Positions 27,954-36,967 of a stretch of 64,000 bases of DNA are shown in pieces. Both the position numbers and the translations under genes were made by a program. This DNA comes from Bacillota bacterium (GTDB taxonomy: Bacteria; Bacillota; Clostridia; Christensenellales; UBA3700). The notes under the pieces were generated by a model. It was not told the DNA's origin, did not search any database, and was given only the letters and a program-made list of their open reading frames with translations. The stretch spans positions 14,121 through 78,120 of the forward strand of contig JAEWXG010000027.1 in assembly GCA_023396095.1 (NCBI GenBank). The letters are read 5' to 3'. Positions within the stretch are counted from its first letter, which is position 1; the number at the start of each line of letters is the position of its first letter.

Positions 27954-29546
27954 TTATATTTCTTTCTCATACACAACAAGTTTAAAGTCGGTAATTTTTC
28001 CTGGATTAACAAGTTTTATAAAGAAATATGCACTATCGCCTTGTTCAAAGCATAAATCTTTAGCGTTAATCAAATCATATATGTCCGAATCATCTCCATC
28101 GGATTGTCCAAATGTATATTTAACCCTAGTTGACCATTGTAAGAACTCACTTATTTCAAAATAAAACCATTGGCCTGCCGCTTCATTAGAGGAAACATGC
28201 AAAAATTTATACATAGGATTTTCTTCGTTATCAATCAGACTATAATCTAAGTGAAAGTCATAAAGAGTTGTATCAGCCAAAACATTTTCCAAAAGTCGTT
28301 TTGAAGATATACCAACATCACCTGTAGTGACCTTAAGTAAAACAGAAGCATTTTCATTTCTTATAACTATTTTTTTATCAACAACAGGTAGTTTACGGGT
28401 ATATTCCCCTGAAACAACTTTGCCAAAACATTCAATTATTATTGACTCATCAAGTTCATGCCATTTTTCTAATAACAATTTTTGTTCATTGCTAACTGGC
28501 AAGTAAAAATATGCTGTGCTTAAAGGGTCAACTGTTACTTCTTGTTCTAATGTTATATTTTCAACATTTATTACACTCATTAAAACAGGATTACTAATGT
28601 TAAATGTGTAATTTTTTGACTCTACTTCATATTTAATTGAATAAATTCCAGGATAAGTTTCAGCATAAGTTATATCAACCTTGTTTGACCCACGCAGAAT
28701 AATTAAACTTTTATTAAATGAAGAATCGCCAATCATCTCTTTTTCAAATTGTAAATTAATGTCTGCTATTCTATCACTTAACTTATCAATTCCAATATAA
28801 ATTTTATTGTTAAAATTTTCTCCCATAATAATTTCACAATTTATTCTATTTTTAGTAATCTCTAATTCAGCTGTCTCCAAATCTATTTCATAATTTGAAC
28901 TATGCGCCCCAACTATCTTACTCTCAATAATCTCTTTAACACCAACATTAGCAAACCCTTTTCCATTTAAATCAGTGTAATCAGCTGAAGTTGTAAATTT
29001 AACTATAACTTGTTCGCTTGATGAAACAATACCATGATTTATATTAAGTTGTTCTTCATAACTTAAACTCCCATTATAAGACCTGCTGATACTAATATTT
29101 TTAAGCAACCTTTTTGCAATAATAAATTCTTGCTCCCTTACAATTGCATTATATTTACCATGTGCAGGAATTGAAACTTGTGCAATATATTCTCCAGCAT
29201 TAGTCGGAGCAACATCCGTAAATGAATACACCGAATTTTTGTCCTTATACTTAATAGTTGCTTCCCCATCTTTTGATGTAAAATCGCGACCTTGTACAAG
29301 TCCTTGTTGTTGTCCATTATAGGTTCTTGCTTGAATTGTGAATTGCAATTCATTGTCCAAAAGAACATTAGTTTCTTCTCCATTATCAGGTTCATCAATT
29401 GTATTTCCAGGAACTTGCTCCACCTTAGGAACGTTGGTTTGTTGTGATTCAGCAGGTGTTTTAGTTTTATCTTTATTACATGCAAAAAGAACAACTAAAG
29501 CAGTCGTTATTATAAAAATCACAAATAAAATTTTCAATTTTTTCAT
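27954..29546 (-). CDS. Surface lipoprotein with MBG/YDG-like repeat modules, function unknown
   Basis: Start placed at ATG 29546 (RBS AGGAGAG), giving MKKLKILFVIFIITTALVVLFAC with a lipobox. Repeat-like segments (ARTYNGQQQG...NAGEY...IIAKRLL; RSYNGS...SSNYEI...EITKNRI) resemble MBG-domain repeats. Confidence 0.65.
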   Translation of the reverse strand: MKKLKILFVIFIITTALVVLFACNKDKTKTPAESQQTNVPKVEQVPGNTIDEPDNGEETNVLLDNELQFTIQARTYNGQQQGLVQGRDFTSKDGEATIKYKDKNSVYSFTDVAPTNAGEYIAQVSIPAHGKYNAIVREQEFIIAKRLLKNISISRSYNGSLSYEEQLNINHGIVSSSEQVIVKFTTSADYTDLNGKGFANVGVKEIIESKIVGAHSSNYEIDLETAELEITKNRINCEIIMGENFNNKIYIGIDKLSDRIADINLQFEKEMIGDSSFNKSLIILRGSNKVDITYAETYPGIYSIKYEVESKNYTFNISNPVLMSVINVENITLEQEVTVDPLSTAYFYLPVSNEQKLLLEKWHELDESIIIECFGKVVSGEYTRKLPVVDKKIVIRNENASVLLKVTTGDVGISSKRLLENVLADTTLYDFHLDYSLIDNEENPMYKFLHVSSNEAAGQWFYFEISEFLQWSTRVKYTFGQSDGDDSDIYDLINAKDLCFEQGDSAYFFIKLVNPGKITDFKLVVYEKEI

Positions 29547-30046
29547 AAATATCTCTCCTTTATTCCATTGTATTTCTTTGAGAGAAAAAACAAATATTTC
29601 TATATATATTTGGCGTAAATGAATCACAAAAATCACTTAACCAATCACTTTTGTATCAATCTGGCCTCCTTTTCAACTCTTTCTTTAATGTACCACCAAA
29701 GTTTTAATTACACTAAATATACAAAAAATAAGACACACTAAAATTTAATCTTAAATCACTATTTTGGCATTTTTTAACATTTATAAATAATGTTGAAAAT
29801 TATGGGAAAATTAAATATTCTTAAAAATTTACTGTACAGTTTATTAGAGTTCGATACAACACTTAGCTTTTTAATAAGTTATGTGTTGAAATTAACAGAC
29901 CTATAAAACTAAATTTTACATATCCATATGCGTTAACCCAAATTAATGACAGCATACAAAAGATTTAAAAATTTCTCTTAACAAAAACCTAAATGCATAC
30001 TGGATTTAGTTTAAAATAAAAACATTGTATTGCTTTTTCATAAAAT

Positions 30047-31405
30047 TTAATAAGCACTTTCTATCGCATTAATGAACAAAGCTAATTCAAATCTTTTTTT
30101 CATCATTGCACACGTAATATCATATGGAATATTTATATTTCCTTTATAAATTTGATTGTTGGCCGCACACCCACCAGAACAATAATATTTTGCAAAACAA
30201 TTTGTACAATCCAATTTATTAACCACAACATTTTTAGAAAACTGTTTTGATACTGCTATATTAAATGACCCTTCATAAACATTTCCTATCTTGCTTTCTT
30301 TTATGTTAGTAAATTGATGGCAAGGATAAATATCCCCATTTGTTGCGACAGAAATATATTCGCACCCTGCCCCACACCCTGTCATTCTTTTATGCATGCA
30401 AGGTCCATGATTCAAATCAACATAGAAATGAAAAAAGTTATACCAAGTTTCAGGTTGCTTACGACTTTCAAGATATTCATAAGCTAATTTTTCATACTCT
30501 TTTTCTATTCTCGGTATATCTTCTTTTGTTATTTCAAGATCTTTAATATCAGTTACTACAGGTTCTAAGGAAATTTGTTTAAATCCATTTAATGCTAAAA
30601 ATTTTACATCCTCTGCAAAATCAAGGTTGTTTTTTGTAAATGTCCCTCTAACATAATATGACTTTTCTCCTCGTACGCTAGCAAATTTCATAGCATTCTT
30701 TAATACTGTTGCATGGGAATCTTTATAGTTTGCTGTTTTTCTCATATTATTATGCACTGTTTGTCTGCCATCAATCGATAAAACTACATTATGCATTTCC
30801 TTGTTTAAGTAATTTATTACATCATCCGTTAGAGCTAAGCAATTTGTTGTTAATGTGAAATAAAATGTTTTGTTGAATTCTTTTTCTTTTACTCTTGCAT
30901 AATCAACAATACCCTTTACAACATTAAAATTCATTAATGGCTCACCACCAAAAAAATCAACCTCCAAATTTCTTCGATTCCCAGATTTTTCTATTAAATA
31001 ATCAATTGCTTTTTTACCAGTTTCTAAAGACATAATAGAGCGATCACTATTATGATATTTCCCATCGTCAGCAAAGCAATATTTGCATCTCATATTACAG
31101 TCTTGACAAATCAAAAGGCACATAGCTTTTAATTCTCCAAAATTTTTATGATCTCTAATTATTGGAGGAGGCGCATTTATTAATTGTTGTATTTCTAAAT
31201 CATTAAATTCATTTTCAATATCATTTTTTTGCGATGCAGGTATTTTAAAAAAGTCTTTTTGTTCTTCCTGAGTAAGTGTATTTGTATACTTTTTCTTTGC
31301 CACAAGAAAAGCGGCAGCATCAACATTCAATAAACTGCCACTCTCTATATCCCAAATAAAATGATATGTTCGCCCTTTATATGGATATTTAAAAAAATGA
31401 AGCAT
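30047..31405 (-). CDS. scfB: SCIFF radical SAM/SPASM maturase (thioether cross-link forming)
   Basis: 452 aa with the radical SAM motif CNMRCKYCFA and a C-terminal SPASM Cys cluster (CTNCFAKYYCSGGCAANN). Lies immediately downstream of a SCIFF precursor. Confidence 0.9.
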   Translation of the reverse strand: MLHFFKYPYKGRTYHFIWDIESGSLLNVDAAAFLVAKKKYTNTLTQEEQKDFFKIPASQKNDIENEFNDLEIQQLINAPPPIIRDHKNFGELKAMCLLICQDCNMRCKYCFADDGKYHNSDRSIMSLETGKKAIDYLIEKSGNRRNLEVDFFGGEPLMNFNVVKGIVDYARVKEKEFNKTFYFTLTTNCLALTDDVINYLNKEMHNVVLSIDGRQTVHNNMRKTANYKDSHATVLKNAMKFASVRGEKSYYVRGTFTKNNLDFAEDVKFLALNGFKQISLEPVVTDIKDLEITKEDIPRIEKEYEKLAYEYLESRKQPETWYNFFHFYVDLNHGPCMHKRMTGCGAGCEYISVATNGDIYPCHQFTNIKESKIGNVYEGSFNIAVSKQFSKNVVVNKLDCTNCFAKYYCSGGCAANNQIYKGNINIPYDITCAMMKKRFELALFINAIESAY

Positions 31406-31578
31406 TAAATTAAAGGCTTTTTCTCAGGATTATTAATTTTTATATCCTCTTGTTGGCAAGATTGATTCCCTACAGTGCAACTTGTTTTGCAAGCTGATTG
31501 ACAACTAGATTGGCATTCTCCGCATCCCTTTCCATTCTTTCTAATACTATTTTTTGATATAACGTTAATATGTTTCAT
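31405..31578 (-). CDS. scfA: Six-cysteine ranthipeptide precursor SCIFF (57 aa)
   Basis: Below the 60-aa cut-off, so absent from the ORF track. GGAGG RBS then ATG at 31578. Translation: MKHINVISKNSIRKNGKGCGECQSSCQSACKTSCTVGNQSCQQEDIKINNPEKKPLI. Its stop overlaps the scfB ATG (TAATG). Confidence 0.88.
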   Translation of the reverse strand: MKHINVISKNSIRKNGKGCGECQSSCQSACKTSCTVGNQSCQQEDIKINNPEKKPLI

Positions 31579-31733
31579 TGTAAACCTCCGTTGTATTCAT
31601 ACTTAAATGATTATACTATATTTTTTCTTTACTGCATATAAGTATATAAATATTATCACACTATAATTGACAAAGTATGACCATTTTTTATTAACTGCAA
31701 ATTATTTTACATATTATCCTTGTTTTATTTTAA

Positions 31734-31776
31734 CAAAAAATAATGCCCTAACTAATCAGGGCATTATTTTTTCAAT
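31734..31776 (-). terminator. Terminator after the APC permease gene (bidirectional appearance)
   Basis: 11-bp stem AATAATGCCCT / AGGGCATTATT flanked by A6 and T6 runs. Confidence 0.7.
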
Positions 31777-31787
31777 TATCTAATAAT

Positions 31788-33398
31788 TTATTCGTGGGAT
31801 TTATCTTCAATAACAACATTTTGATCTTGCGAATTATCCTCTAGAACAAAATTATCATCATCAATATTCTCAATATCAAACATATGTTCTGTACTATCAA
31901 TAATGCCTAATTTTTCTTCTAATGTTTTTGTTCTGATTTGCAATCTCTCAACTAGTTGTTTTTGCTCTTTAAGATATGCATATAACATTCCACTACCAAA
32001 GAACAAAGAACATATAATTAAAAATATTGTTACATTTTTAAATTGCAAAACCAAACTACCTATAAGTAAAATTATTGATCCTAAAGTAGCAAGAATTGGA
32101 GCAACATACCCAGTAAACGCATTAGTTACCTCTCCCTTCTTCTTCATAATAAACACTTTCACATAAAGAATAATGTACGATAAATAACTGAAAACTATAG
32201 CTATCTCAGAAATATCTCCTCCATTAAACATATTCTTTAATTGTGTAACATAATGTACAACCATATAACCAATTGACAAAACGAAGAAGATTAGTGTGGA
32301 CTTAAATGAAATTTGATATTCTTCATTAATTTTTCCAATTTTACCACTTTTATCAGAAATCATACCTTTTGATGCAAGTGCTTGTGGCATTCTTATTCCA
32401 CCTATTACTATTCCATTTACAACTCCTAAAATTGCAAGAACTATAATAAACATTAAGATTTTATTAAATACTTTTATAACAGGTGTGTTGGCTTCAATAT
32501 TCCCACCACTAAAAATTGCGGCTATTACATAACCTACAGCATTATTACCTGTCAATGCTATTAACTTAGCCCCTAATATCCTATATACACCAGAAACATA
32601 TAGCGCATAAACTATAAATATTATAATTGGTGCAATTATAAAACCCAATCTCATATTCTTTTTTGGATTTTTTACTTCTGGAGCTATAGAGGTTGCAATA
32701 ACCCACCCATCATAAGAAAATGCTACTGCTGGTAATGCTGCTAACCAGGCAAATCCTTTAGAGTTGGCCGCCATTCCATCCAATCCTGTAGTAGGATATG
32801 AACTCATCACACTTGGTGGAATTTCAGATGCTCCATTATTAAAAAACAATCCAGCTATAGCTATAATAATCAAAGGTAAAACTTTAATTACAGTAGTTAT
32901 AAATTGAAAATGTCCTCCTAATTTTCTTGATAAAGAATTCCCAGCAATAAAACAAGTTAAATAGGCAAATCCTAGTAAACATGTTTGTATTAACCACTGG
33001 TTGCCGGCGGGATTATAATCAAATAAAACAAAAGTATATATTGCAGCCGCCCAAGAAACAACTACACCTAAAGAAGGCAAATACAAAAATGTTTGAAACC
33101 AAGCAAACCCTGTTGCAAGTTTATTATTTGTAAATTTTTCATAATAAGAAACAAAACCTCCATTTGATTTCGTCCTAATCGCGAACTCAGAAAGAGTTAA
33201 ACTTCCAAATATAATACCTATTGCCCCAATTGCTAAAGTTAAAATAGCCTTAGCTAAACTTCCACCAACATTAATTAAAATATCATCTGACTTATAAAAA
33301 ATTCCTGACCCAACAACAATTCCAACTATCATTGAGATAATCGTAAATAATCCAAATGTCTGTCTTTTCCCATGCTCATTATTATTTTTATTCTTCAT
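31788..33398 (-). CDS. APC-family amino acid permease with an acidic C-terminal tail
   Basis: About 12 TM segments, with the N-terminal motif IVGSGIF. Start placed at the second ATG (33398), 8 nt after AGGAG. Confidence 0.85.
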   Translation of the reverse strand: MKNKNNNEHGKRQTFGLFTIISMIVGIVVGSGIFYKSDDILINVGGSLAKAILTLAIGAIGIIFGSLTLSEFAIRTKSNGGFVSYYEKFTNNKLATGFAWFQTFLYLPSLGVVVSWAAAIYTFVLFDYNPAGNQWLIQTCLLGFAYLTCFIAGNSLSRKLGGHFQFITTVIKVLPLIIIAIAGLFFNNGASEIPPSVMSSYPTTGLDGMAANSKGFAWLAALPAVAFSYDGWVIATSIAPEVKNPKKNMRLGFIIAPIIIFIVYALYVSGVYRILGAKLIALTGNNAVGYVIAAIFSGGNIEANTPVIKVFNKILMFIIVLAILGVVNGIVIGGIRMPQALASKGMISDKSGKIGKINEEYQISFKSTLIFFVLSIGYMVVHYVTQLKNMFNGGDISEIAIVFSYLSYIILYVKVFIMKKKGEVTNAFTGYVAPILATLGSIILLIGSLVLQFKNVTIFLIICSLFFGSGMLYAYLKEQKQLVERLQIRTKTLEEKLGIIDSTEHMFDIENIDDDNFVLEDNSQDQNVVIEDKSHE

Positions 33399-33414
33399 GC
33401 ACATAACTCCTAAT

Positions 33415-33450
33415 TAAAAATAACGCGCAAAGTGTAGCGCGTTATTTTTT
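33415..33450 (-). terminator. Terminator after yajC
   Basis: 10-bp stem AATAACGCGC / GCGCGTTATT with flanking A/T runs. Confidence 0.7.
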
Positions 33451-33460
33451 ATATTTAATC

Positions 33461-33976
33461 TTACAATAAACTACTTTCTTCTTTTACTTCTACTTCTTTG
33501 ACTTCTTCTTTCTTGTTTTTCTTTTCAGCTTTCTCTTTAGCCTTTTCTTCTGCTTTTTCCTGAGCCTCGATGTCATCTTGAGTTAATACTTCATCTTTTT
33601 TAGTTGTATTTTCCTCTGTAACATTTTTACCATCCACTAATTTTGCAGCAGGTTCTTTACCACTTAAAACTTGATAAATTGCAGATCTATCAATTGTTAC
33701 TAAAACTTCTTGATCGTTTCTACCAATATTTAAAACAATTGTTCCAGCAGCTTCATCAAATGCTACGATTTCACCTATAAAGCCTCCAATAGTTTTAATC
33801 TTCGTGCCAGATTTTAAACTTGCCATCATCTCTTGCTGTTGCTTTTTCCTCTTTCTTTGAGGAATAATTGACATAAAAATCATAGCTACAATCATTACTC
33901 CAAGCAATGCAAACATAATTATTTGTTTATTACCAGTTTGAGCTTCTGCCGCAATTAACTTTGTTATATTATTCAT
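33461..33976 (-). CDS. yajC: Preprotein translocase subunit YajC with a K/E-rich C-terminal extension
   Basis: Single TM helix followed by PQRKRKKQQQEMMASLKSGTKIKTIGGFIGEIV, the YajC core. At 171 aa it is about 60-70 aa longer than usual. Confidence 0.85.
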   Translation of the reverse strand: MNNITKLIAAEAQTGNKQIIMFALLGVMIVAMIFMSIIPQRKRKKQQQEMMASLKSGTKIKTIGGFIGEIVAFDEAAGTIVLNIGRNDQEVLVTIDRSAIYQVLSGKEPAAKLVDGKNVTEENTTKKDEVLTQDDIEAQEKAEEKAKEKAEKKNKKEEVKEVEVKEESSLL

Positions 33977-34089
33977 TAGTTATTCTCCTTACATTTTTAT
34001 AAATAATTTTTTAAATCATTCCTAATGATATCATAACTTTTAAAAATAATCATAAACATTTTATATATTTTATAAAATTTTACACATTT

Positions 34090-34128
34090 GAGGTGAACCC
34101 ATGAGGTGAACCCAAAAAGTTGGACAAT
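34090..34128 (+). repeat. IS-end-like motif, copy 2, with a partial tandem duplication
   Basis: GAGGTGAACCCA-T-GAGGTGAACCCAAAAAGTTGGACAAT. Matches 3361..3386, and its first 12 nt are duplicated. Confidence 0.5.
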
Positions 34129-34161
34129 TTCTAATTAACATAATTGACAATGTAAATTTAA

Positions 34162-34198
34162 TAAAAAAACCTCAATTTTTACATGAAAAATGAGGCTC
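34162..34198 (-). terminator. Terminator after metallophosphoesterase paralog B
   Basis: The minus strand reads GCCTCATTTTT, catg, TAAAAATTGAGGT, followed by TTTTTTATT. Confidence 0.6.
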
Positions 34199-34222
34199 AT
34201 TAAATCATAAATTATTAAATAT

Positions 34223-35677
34223 TTATTTTTGCGTCGCAGGTCTAATCTTATCAATAACTTCCTTAACATTATTCATATCAATAATGTCACTTTTACCAAT
34301 GTTTGCAATTGATTTTTGATATATTTTTAAAGCCTGATCGCCTACTTCGCCTGTTACATAAATAATTGTAGCACCACGTTGCCATACACGTTTTGTAATT
34401 CCAATATATGCTAAATGGTCAATCGATTTACCATAAGTTAATCTTACCCCATCGGCAGTCTCTATTGAGAAATTGTTATCATGGTCATGTCCACAAAAAA
34501 CAAATTTACTATGCCCTTTTGCTGCAATACTTTTATAAAAATCATTATACTCTGGAAATAATCCTTTCTTATTATCTGGAGAACTAATTACAATTTCACC
34601 AGTTTTTGCTGACTCACCCCAAATTTCTTGAGTATCTCCTCCAAAATATTTTAATTTATTTGCTTCTTCATCATTTTTAACTGATCCATATTTACCGTCT
34701 TCTGTAGGAATTCTTTTATTGCCAACTTTTGTCTCCCAAGCAGTTCTATATTCTGGTAGTGGAATATGAATGAACACACTTGATGCAATTCCCGGCGCAG
34801 CCAAATTTAAAGCGTCTATTTTCTTTTCATACCACTTGATTTGGTCATTGTGCACAGCATCATATTGAGCAAATGAAAAACCAGCATCATCATGCACAAA
34901 ATATTTATTTGAATCCATAAATATCAACGAATGCTTAATATTCCCAGTGTCGGAATCTTTAACTAAAATTTGATAATTCCCTTGTGGTTTATCTCCACCT
35001 TTTTTTGCTGCAAAATCTGGCCCTGCAATAAATAAACAATATTTTCCACCTGCTGGATTATATGCATTCTCTTCAAGTTTCTTTGAAATTTCAAGTTTAC
35101 TATGTGTTGCAAAACTTTCAGTATCATGATTACCATAAACAAATGCCCAAGGTATTTTAAACGAATTCATTACTTGTGTAAAAATCTTTAATGCGTGCGC
35201 ATTATTGATTGATCCACCTTGAACTGGTATTGGGTACAATGCATCACCTGTAACAATAATTAAGTCCGGTTTTTGACTTGTGACTAAGGCTTTAATATCG
35301 TCCATCGCACGACCATCTTTACTAATAGCCATAAAGCCCCCACTAAAGTGCAAGTCAGTAAGTTGCAAAATCTTTAAATAAGAATCTTCAGTTATTCCTT
35401 CTGGACTCATATTTGATACAAATTTTTTAGTGTATATAGACCAAATATCCTCACCATCAAACTTTTCTTTAACTATTCTTAAACTATCTTCACCTTGTTC
35501 TACACGCTCTGAAACTACAGGTTTAATATTGTGTTTTGCCATAACATAAGCTGTACTCACACCAGTCAAATTAATAATGACAAAAAATAAAATTAGAACA
35601 AATATGAAAGCAAAAATGCTGGCTATTGCTTTTTTTACTTTTGATTTTTTATGAACTTTCGCTTCTCTTTTATTCAT
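34223..35677 (-). CDS. Membrane-anchored metallophosphoesterase, paralog B
   Basis: 484 aa with an N-terminal TM helix and motifs LTDLHFS, GDALYP, GNHD and GHDHDNNF. Alignable along its length with 13400..14929. Confidence 0.8.
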   Translation of the reverse strand: MNKREAKVHKKSKVKKAIASIFAFIFVLILFFVIINLTGVSTAYVMAKHNIKPVVSERVEQGEDSLRIVKEKFDGEDIWSIYTKKFVSNMSPEGITEDSYLKILQLTDLHFSGGFMAISKDGRAMDDIKALVTSQKPDLIIVTGDALYPIPVQGGSINNAHALKIFTQVMNSFKIPWAFVYGNHDTESFATHSKLEISKKLEENAYNPAGGKYCLFIAGPDFAAKKGGDKPQGNYQILVKDSDTGNIKHSLIFMDSNKYFVHDDAGFSFAQYDAVHNDQIKWYEKKIDALNLAAPGIASSVFIHIPLPEYRTAWETKVGNKRIPTEDGKYGSVKNDEEANKLKYFGGDTQEIWGESAKTGEIVISSPDNKKGLFPEYNDFYKSIAAKGHSKFVFCGHDHDNNFSIETADGVRLTYGKSIDHLAYIGITKRVWQRGATIIYVTGEVGDQALKIYQKSIANIGKSDIIDMNNVKEVIDKIRPATQK

Positions 35678-35854
35678 AATACGGCTCCATAATAATTAAC
35701 TCACTCAATTTTAACATTAAAGTATATTTTTAACAAGATTGGTATTTATATATTTATTACAAGATTGGGTCAAACTTATTTTCATATATAACTTCTCCAT
35801 TTTAAAAAAATCTTTTTTCTTGCTTAATTTTGAATAAAAATAGATAATTAACTT

Positions 35855-36916
35855 ATGATGAAAAACAAAAGAGAAAATAGAGGCCTATTAATTGCTGCAA
35901 TATCGTTAATTGTAAATTTGGGATTAGCAATAACAAAATTGCTTATTTCAACTTATACAAGAAGTATTATGATTTTAGGCGATAGTTATAACAACTTTGG
36001 CGATGCTATATCTAACGTAGGTCACTTATATAGTTTTAAAAAATCTTCGTCAAAACCAACAAAACGCCACCCTTTCGGATACGGGAAAGTTGAATATATT
36101 TTTACAATTTTAACAGCTTTTTTAGTTGTCCTAATCGGAATATTTTTTATACGTGATGCCTCGGAAAGATTTTTTATCCCTATATCCATTACTTACAGAC
36201 AACGTTGGTTTTATATTCTTTTAGTGACCGCAATTATAAAATTCGGTTTAGCATTTTTCTATCATTCGCAAAATTTAAAACTACTATCACCTGTTGTTAA
36301 AGCAATGACATATGACGCCATTCAAGATGGCTTCATTTCTTTAATTACTGCATTTTCTTATAAATGGTCATATCTTTCTTCATTCCCTCTAGATGCCATT
36401 TTAGCCATGGTTTTAGCAAGTTATATGATCATACAAGCTATAATATTAATTGCAGAAATGATTAGGCATGTAATAGGTGATAATGCAACATCGACATTAT
36501 CATATGTTTATAAAAATTTAACTTGTTACACAAATATAAAGTACTTTAATGACATTAAAATTCATCAGTACTCTAAAGATATAACTTATGTAACAGCAAC
36601 CATTTTTATAGATAAAGAAAAAAGCACTGATTCAATTTATAACGAAATTAATCAATTAAAGAAATTTTTTAAAATAGAAAAAAATATTAATTTTTATGCA
36701 AATACAGTATTTGATAATTCAAATATTAACACTTTAGATGTGCAAAATATCCAACAAATTCTTGCCTTAAACAATCTTTTTTATGATGTAAAAATTGAAA
36801 ATGAAATTGTAATCATTGAGGCCGAAATCAATGACATCGATAAAAAGAAAGATCCTGAAGAACTTTTAAAAGAAAACAATACTCATATTAATTTTGAAGT
36901 TCGATATTACAAATGA
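35855..36916 (+). CDS. Cation diffusion facilitator (CDF) family metal efflux transporter
   Basis: 353 aa with N-terminal TM helices and CDF-like strings (SYNNFGDAISN, HPFGYGKVEYI). The only plus-strand protein gene. No obvious SD before the ATG. Confidence 0.75.
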   Translation: MMKNKRENRGLLIAAISLIVNLGLAITKLLISTYTRSIMILGDSYNNFGDAISNVGHLYSFKKSSSKPTKRHPFGYGKVEYIFTILTAFLVVLIGIFFIRDASERFFIPISITYRQRWFYILLVTAIIKFGLAFFYHSQNLKLLSPVVKAMTYDAIQDGFISLITAFSYKWSYLSSFPLDAILAMVLASYMIIQAIILIAEMIRHVIGDNATSTLSYVYKNLTCYTNIKYFNDIKIHQYSKDITYVTATIFIDKEKSTDSIYNEINQLKKFFKIEKNINFYANTVFDNSNINTLDVQNIQQILALNNLFYDVKIENEIVIIEAEINDIDKKKDPEELLKENNTHINFEVRYYK

Positions 36917-36927
36917 AATCTGCATAA

Positions 36928-36955
36928 TAAAAAGTTAGGAATCCTAACTTTTTAT
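36928..36955. terminator. Bidirectional terminator between the convergent CDF and helicase genes
   Basis: AAAAAGTTAGG, atc, CCTAACTTTTT: a perfect 11-bp stem with A/T runs on both sides. Confidence 0.7.
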
Positions 36956-36967
36956 TGCAAAATTTAG

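Noticed and set aside
29690-29700. GGTGGTAC on the minus strand, resembling the core of the T-box motif, upstream of the lipoprotein gene
   Set aside because: The rest of the T-box consensus (AGGGTGGTACCGCG) is missing. There is no following terminator/antiterminator pair, no specifier-loop architecture or GA motif, and the downstream gene is not an amino-acid-related gene.
29802-29906. 34-codon plus-strand ORF (MGKLNILKNLLYSLLEFDTTLSFLISYVLKLTDL) in the 410-bp gap upstream of the lipoprotein gene
   Set aside because: It has no RBS, lies on the otherwise empty plus strand, and has no recognisable family. It is likely a chance ORF.
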